64,000 nt of DNA from Tubulanus polymorphus. Taxonomy: Eukaryota; Animalia; Nemertea. The translations under genes and the position numbers were made by a program. Positions within the stretch are counted from its first letter, which is position 1. The number at the start of each line of letters is the position of its first letter. Shown here piece after piece: positions 57,622-64,000 of the stretch. The DNA lies in NCBI RefSeq assembly GCF_964204645.1, contig NC_134027.1:17756560-17820559 (forward strand). The letters run 5' to 3'. The notes beneath the pieces were generated by a model. It saw only the letters and a list, made by a program, of their open reading frames with translations, ran no database searches and was not told the origin of the DNA.

Positions 57622-60258
57622 AAAAATGTTATTTCTAGTTCGTATTTCTCCGTAGAAACCGATTGGAAAACTGGATTCGAATCCCACCAAAAGCACAGTC
57701 CCTTAGCAACGGGTCGAATTTTTTAGAATAACTAGCGCGCCGGTTTCACAGCATCACTAAGGGTCGAGTCCCGGAGAATAAGGCGCGCGCGCGGTCTGCG
57801 TGTTACAAAAAGACCGTCCCGCTCCACACAAGTACTGAATAATTAACATATCTTATCTTTATGTGTCTTTTACTCCCGTTTTTCAAACGTTATTCCCCTT
57901 TTCCGTTTCGAGTAAAAATCCGTTTTTAAAATACCGTTGTTCCATTAATTCCGTACCCATGCAACCCGTTGTAATACAAAGGAAGAAATATTTAGTGTAA
58001 ATGAAACATATAAAACTATTGAAGCCATGAGATTTAATGTAGAAATCTGACGTTTTTTAACTACAGAAAAATTTATTCTTGTGTAATCGATAAAACAATA
58101 GGCTCTCAATATGTAATCGACATTCCCAAACTCCCGGTTCTTTTTGCAGAAAATATTTTTTTTTTTAAATTCAATCACGGGTCCCTTAATTCCCTCGAAG
58201 GTCTATCATATTTTGGGTGATTTTCTTTGGTCACGCCACCGGGTGCCTTCCTTCAGCAAAACCTACGTTTTTACAATGTAGAACTTGGGAACAAATTTCT
58301 TGTGTAAAACATAAACTGTCAAAGCCGTTCGTAGAACATATCTGACGATACAGAAAGATTTATTGTCGTATGAAAGATAAAACAAACAAGGCTTTCAATT
58401 TGTAATCAATCTTCCCAAAGCATGTTTTTTTTCGAAAAAAATGAATTCCTTTTCTATACATCTATTTGATCACGGCGAATCTTCGCTCGAATAGATCTTT
58501 GACATTTTGGAGGATTTTCTTTGGACACGGACCACACCGAACACAGGTGCCCCGCAAAACCTCCTATGTTTTTCTACAAGGTAGAATTCTATGAAGTTGC
58601 CGAAAGGACACTCGCCTCTTTTTATTCATTAAAACTTAAGACTGGCTGTGCGCTTAACCAAGTTTCGACTTTGACACATTAAGCGCACAGCGAGCGCCGA
58701 AGGCGCGAGCTGGAAGCTCCTCAAGTTAATCGCGCGTATGAGGCAAATTCAAATTTACATACGCGCGATTTTCATACGCGCGATTAACTTAACTTCGGCG
58801 CTCGCTGGAAGCTCCTTAAGTTAATCACGCGTATGAAGCAAATTCAAATTTTCTATATTTCTCCATACCGTCCTTCTCAAAAAGTGTAGTTTACATCCGG
58901 GACACATGGGCATTGGCTAAATACGTCAATGAAGGATTACAAAATGATTTTGTGTAATTTTCAGAATATTTACAAAGAATATTCACAAAATATTGTCAAA
59001 AATGTTATTTTTAGTTCGTATTTCTCCGTAGAAACCGATTGGAAAACTGGATTCGAATCCCACAAAAAGCACAGTCCCTTAGCAACGGGTCGAATTTTTT
59101 AGAATAACAAGCGCGCCGGTTTCACAGCATCACTAAGGGTCGAGTCCCGGAGAATAAGGCGCGCGCGCGGTCTGCGTGTTACAAAAAGACCGTCCCGTTA
59201 CACACAAGTACTGAATAATTAACTCAAAATTTTGCCAATCCCTGGAGTATAATGCCGTGCGTTTTTTGACATATCTTATGTTTATGTGTCTTTTCAAACG
59301 TTATTCCCATTTTCTGTGTCGAGTAAAATGCGTACGCTATAATCCGTAATCAAAATACCGTTGTTCCATTAATTCCGAACACATGCAACCCGTTGTTTTA
59401 CCCCGGCTAAGGAACAAATTTTTAGTGTAAAACATATAAAACTATTGGAGCCATCGGGGTTGTAGGCATTGTCGACGAGTAGAATCGGTCGACAATCGGG
59501 GTTGTAGACATTGTCGACGAGTAGAATCGGTCGACAATCGGGGTTGTAGACATTGTTGACGAGTAGAATCGGTCGCAGCCGAATTACTCCTTTTCTATAA
59601 ATGTATCTTTGAGCTGGGAACTATTCCACGCTATACTGGACTTGAACCGGTTAGGCTGAAGGAAGGCACCCGGTGGCGGGACCAAAGAAAATCACCCAAA
59701 ATATGATAGATCTTCGAGCGAATCGATGGACCCGTGATTAAAAAAAGAAAAAAATTATTTTCTGCGAAAAACAACGTGGGAGTTTGGGAATGTTGATTAT
59801 ATATTGAGAGCCTATTGTTTTATCGATTACACGAAAACTAAATTTTCTGTAGTTAAAAAACGTCAGATTTCTACATTAAATCTCACGGCTTCAATAGTTT
59901 TATATGTTTTACACTAAAGATTTGTTCCTAAGTATTACAACGGGTTGCATGGGTACTTAATTAATGGCACAACGGTATTTTTAAGTACGGATTATAGCGT
60001 TTACGTATTTTACTCGAAACGGAAAATGGGAATAACGTTTGAAAAACGGGAGTAAAGAACACTTAAAGATACGATATGTTAAAAAACGCACGGCATTTTG
60101 CTCCCAGGGATTGGCAAAATTTTGAGTTGATTATTCAGTACTTGTGTGGAGCGGGACGGTCATTTTGTAACACGCGGACCGCGCGGGCGCGTTATTCTCC
60201 GGGACTCGACACTTAGTGATGCTGTGAAACCGGCGCGCTTGTTATTCTAAAAAATTCT
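57622..60258. mobile_element. Cluster of HINE-like H2 copies: distal part (57622-58678), next copy head-to-tail (58679-59452), inverted fragment (59655-60258)
   Basis: CTGTGCGCTTAA near 58646 then TTAAGCGCACAGCGAGCGCCGAAGGCGCG at 58679; 57625-58030 is repeated at ~59000-59452; 59655-60258 matches 41705-42292. Confidence 0.8.
59453..59576. repeat. 42-bp tandem repeat, ~3 copies
   Basis: ATCGGGGTTGTAGACATTGTCGACGAGTAGAATCGGTCGACA. Confidence 0.9.
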
Positions 60259-63200
60259 CATTATGAGAATGCCGGTTTGCTAGCGTATCTATTTAACACC
60301 CGTATTGCTCGGGTTAGTTTTACTACCAACGAGTGGCGCTGTATATGTAAATTTCACATAAATCAACGACTTTCGGCTATTAGCGCTACTTAAGACCACT
60401 TGAAAACATCTTAGTCAATTACGGTAGTAGTGAACATAAAAAGATACAGTACAAAGATACAGTACGGTGTACAGTTAAGGACATGATTCCATAGGACCCA
60501 TACCAGAGACATTTAGTTCAGACAAGGACTATTAGTTAAACACTAATCTTCATTTTCAGCAATTAATGATCTGGTGAATTAATTAGTGATTCGGTCTTTC
60601 GGTGGTTCGAGATAAAATGCCCGCAAGATAAGAACCTAACGAACCAGGGCTGACCACAAATTGTCCAACAGATAAATTTTCGAAACGACACAATCCAATC
60701 ATGTTTGGTATCAAATGTGGCGTGGACCATGGTCTTTTAACTGACCAATGCATGACCAGTACTGACCATATAGTAAATTATTTGTTTTGCAAACAATTAA
60801 GTTGTTTGGTGTCAAATAACTAGATATGATGTGGGCATTAATCTAAAAATTGTTTAACTGACCAATGCTTGACCAGTACTGACCAGTTACCAGTGCTAAC
60901 CAGAACCCCCATAAGTAATTTATATGTTTATTGAATCCTTCGTTAGTACTACTAGCTCTTACATTTAAATTTGTCGCTTGAAAAAGTCTTGTCCGATTTT
61001 TGTTGTAGGTAGCGAGCTAACTTTGAAATTCCGCTAAAATGCATTAGATGTTTACGTAGGGTTTTGAACGAACAACGTTTCCATTTGTAATTGTAACGTG
61101 CGCATTTGAGCCTGTAACGTGCACATTTCACTCGCGTGAACGTGCGCATCGGTACCAACATGCGAGACTTGTCAAACTTTTACGATTAAGACTTTTAAAC
61201 TGAACAAAGAACATATCATATCATATTATATATACATGAATAGATGGAATGATAACGTAGTAGTTTTAAATGTTTCGTAGCTGCTGTCCACTGACCACAG
61301 ATCAAAGCTAATTGCCTGATATGAAATATATTTTTGTTATAGAGATGTAGTAGATCAGTGAGAATTCAAACTTATGGTTAATTTTGTGTGATCACAACGC
61401 TAACCAATAGAGAAAGCCTTAAGGCCTAAGAAAAGAGGCATTAAGTATAACATATCTTTCAGTATAATGATGAAGTATTCAACTGGCCATCACAACACTA
61501 GTTTGACTTATCTTATTGAAAAATACCGGAGTGTTAATGGGAAAACCTTGAATTCGAAACAATTCCACACTCAATCGTTTACTTTGAAAACACAATTTGC
61601 ATTTTGTGGACATGTATTTTTTTCTGCACCAAAAGCATGAAGTATATTATCTTTGCTTGTAAAAATTTGAAATTTTGGGGAAGATTTTTGGCCTCGTTAA
61701 CCTGTGAACACGCCCTTCATATATTTGCTAAGACCGACCCTTGAAATAATGGTGAGAGTTTCGAGGATAATTTTGGTAGGATGTAAACTTAGGCCGCTTC
61801 GTATCCGTGGATGGTTGCTAATTATTGATTCTATACACAATAATCATGAGTACCATGAGATTCGATAGAATATCGTTTTTCAATCATACGTACACGAATT
61901 ATCGCGATATAAAGATAAATAATATGTTCATATACTTTTTATGTCTTATACTGTATATTTCTTTAGTAGTATAAATAAAGAGTGGATCAGCAGGCCACCT
62001 GAGACCATTCCACGATCTAAGGTCAGTTGCCAAAATTTAGTAAGTTTACCAGTGGATAGTTAATATTTTTAATGACAATTAAATTTTCATTGCTAAAATA
62101 ACTTTGTACTTGTTGACTCAAAAGCAGAGAATTGAAAATACGATAATACGATACGAAAACTCAGTGTACAAATTCAAAAAGATTATCTCTAGTGAGAGAT
62201 CGAACGTTGTGTCGTAATTTTCTAATGATAAAACATGGTTTGAAATTTGAAATGTGTACATAGTTGATCTTTTTCAGTGTATTTAGTCATGTATCATATT
62301 GGATGATGGTTAATTCAAACTATCTTTTGAGAAATGGGTCCCAGAGCTATATCCTTTACTCCTGTAATAGAGGATGCAATCTATTTGCGACAAACAGCTA
62401 GTGCAAATAGCTAGAAAAGGTAACAATAGTGCATTGGCAAACTTAGAGCAAGCGTACATTGGTTGTTTAGGTTTTTCGAAGGGGAGAATTTGTGGGAAAG
62501 ATAATCATTACCTCTGGCGTGGAGAGATACAATCTAAAACCAACCCTAGAGTCAAATATTTTACCACAATTTTTTATGATCAATAAAAAGATTGAGTAAT
62601 AGACATTCAAACAGTATTATCTAAATTCCACTCCATTTTAAACTCATTCATGTCTACACAAACTCCAACTTGTTGAACAGTCCACATTAAAATTAGGGAC
62701 CACTATTCTTGCTCATCTACACTGGCTACCAATCTAACAAAGGATTAAATTTGAGTGTTTGATGTTATAACAATACCAGACTGAATTATGGATTCAGTTT
62801 CTACTTTTTAATTGAACATTCATATCACATATTGGGCATCATTTTTACCAGTGTATATGGAATAACCTATCCATATATCATGTTCAATTTTATATAATCT
62901 GACTTTTGAGATGTCATTCAATCAATGCATTCACATGCGGTCGTCGCTTTCAATAGCCACCACGGACTGGCTCCTTATTATTTCTTTGGCGATACCATTG
63001 GCGGACGATCCCACACGTTTCTTGCTCCAGCCCTAGAATGCTCAATATTCGTCATGAACCCCGATTTGAATTTAAATTCAAAATACTCCTAAAACACACC
63101 TGTTAACTAAATTACTCTAAAACACCTTTATGTGCAAGAATCAGCGAAATTGGCGCTTTATCAGTTGTATTCATCATTCGTACCCACGAATCTCGTATCG

Positions 63201-64000
63201 TATCCTATGCAGGGGCGGATCTAGGGGGATGGGTAGACAGTATTGGAAGGAAATTTAAGGGCACCTTTCTGATCTTAGGGCACACCCAGTACCCAAGTCA
63301 ATGCGAGTGCCGAAGGCGCAAAGTCCTTCGAAGGGGGTATGGGGGCCCTCCCCCAGAAAATTTTGAAAATATGGTATACCATTTAAAGGCTTTTAGAGGG
63401 CTTGCAGAGCAATCCAGAATAAACGACCCGGACGCGGAATTAGCGGTTGCTGAAATAATGCCTTTAAAAATATTGCCGGTGAAATTTCGAAGGGCACTTA
63501 AAAATTCTAGACCGTATTGGGCAATACGGCTAATACGGTCTGGATCCGCCTCTGCTATGAATGTGGAGACCCATCCTCATAAAGAGAATGAATAGGCTCT
63601 GTTGCGTTCATATCATTTGATATGAGGCTACGTGTTATCTTCAATTGAAATCACGTTGTTTTTTTAAAGGGTGGGCGAGAATATATTCTTACGTTTTTGT
63701 TTCTCTGAATGTTGCTTTTTAAGAGTTCAATAATTTCAGTCTACCAAACAAAGGATTTTCCGTATGTTTCGTGACATGTTTTTCCATAACCCTAGGAGAG
63801 CATTTTAGGTATTTTTTGCGGATGACCGAAAGCTGCTGTCCCTTTCTAGTAATTTGATGATATCCGTCGAAATCTAAATTCTAAAAAGGAATCAGGCATA
63901 TCTTCTTGTTTGACTGAATATGAACTCAACAACAAGTGACACTCCCTTCAAAGGCGCCGAAGTAAAATCATGTGTCGAGTGGAGATGATATTGTGTCAGA
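60259..64000 (+). mobile_element. E1 copy C (runs past the window end)
   Basis: Starts CATTATGAGAATGCCGGTTTGCTAGCG; colinear with copy B. Confidence 0.93.
63210..63554. mobile_element. 345-bp MITE with 5-bp TSD (hAT5-like) in E1 copy C
   Basis: CTATG|CAGGGGCGGATCTAG...CTGGATCCGCCTCTG|CTATG; empty site ATCCTATGAAT in copies A and B. Confidence 0.9.

Noticed and set aside
34141-62586. Recurring short ORFs (MFIGIEIW..., ML(V)PIRTF..., MRSFTWAV...) as a gene family
   Set aside because: They recur only because E1 is repeated; they often use non-ATG starts, vary in length and show no domain.

Overview
AT-rich metazoan (invertebrate-type) genomic DNA; the species cannot be named from sequence alone. 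It holds one host gene, an SS18/SSXT (BAF complex subunit) homolog on the minus strand. Six GT-AG coding exons were traced by hand with consistent phases (32373-32305, 17349-17273, 14974-14893, 14819-14744, 14155-13967, 7558-7358); no later exon was found, so the gene probably continues past position 1. Nearly everything else is nested mobile DNA: the 3' end of a BEL/Pao LTR retrotransposon inside a Gypsy gag relic, two decayed L2/CR1-group LINEs, hAT, PIF/Harbinger and Tc1/pogo-type MITEs, a P-element/THAP9-like transposase fragment, Penelope-type palindromes, several DINE-1/Helentron-like (HINE) families and a 2.9-kb solo LTR with a 59-bp hairpin array. The most unusual structure is an unclassified ~6-kb TIR element (here E1, termini CATTATGAG...CTCATAATG) present four times from 32.7 kb onward. 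One copy sits inverted inside the TIR of another, forming a ~9-kb palindrome ~350 bp upstream of the SS18 start codon, and E1 ends repeatedly lie in one HINE family. Coordinates were counted by eye and may be off by a few bases; family names rest on motif recognition, not searches.
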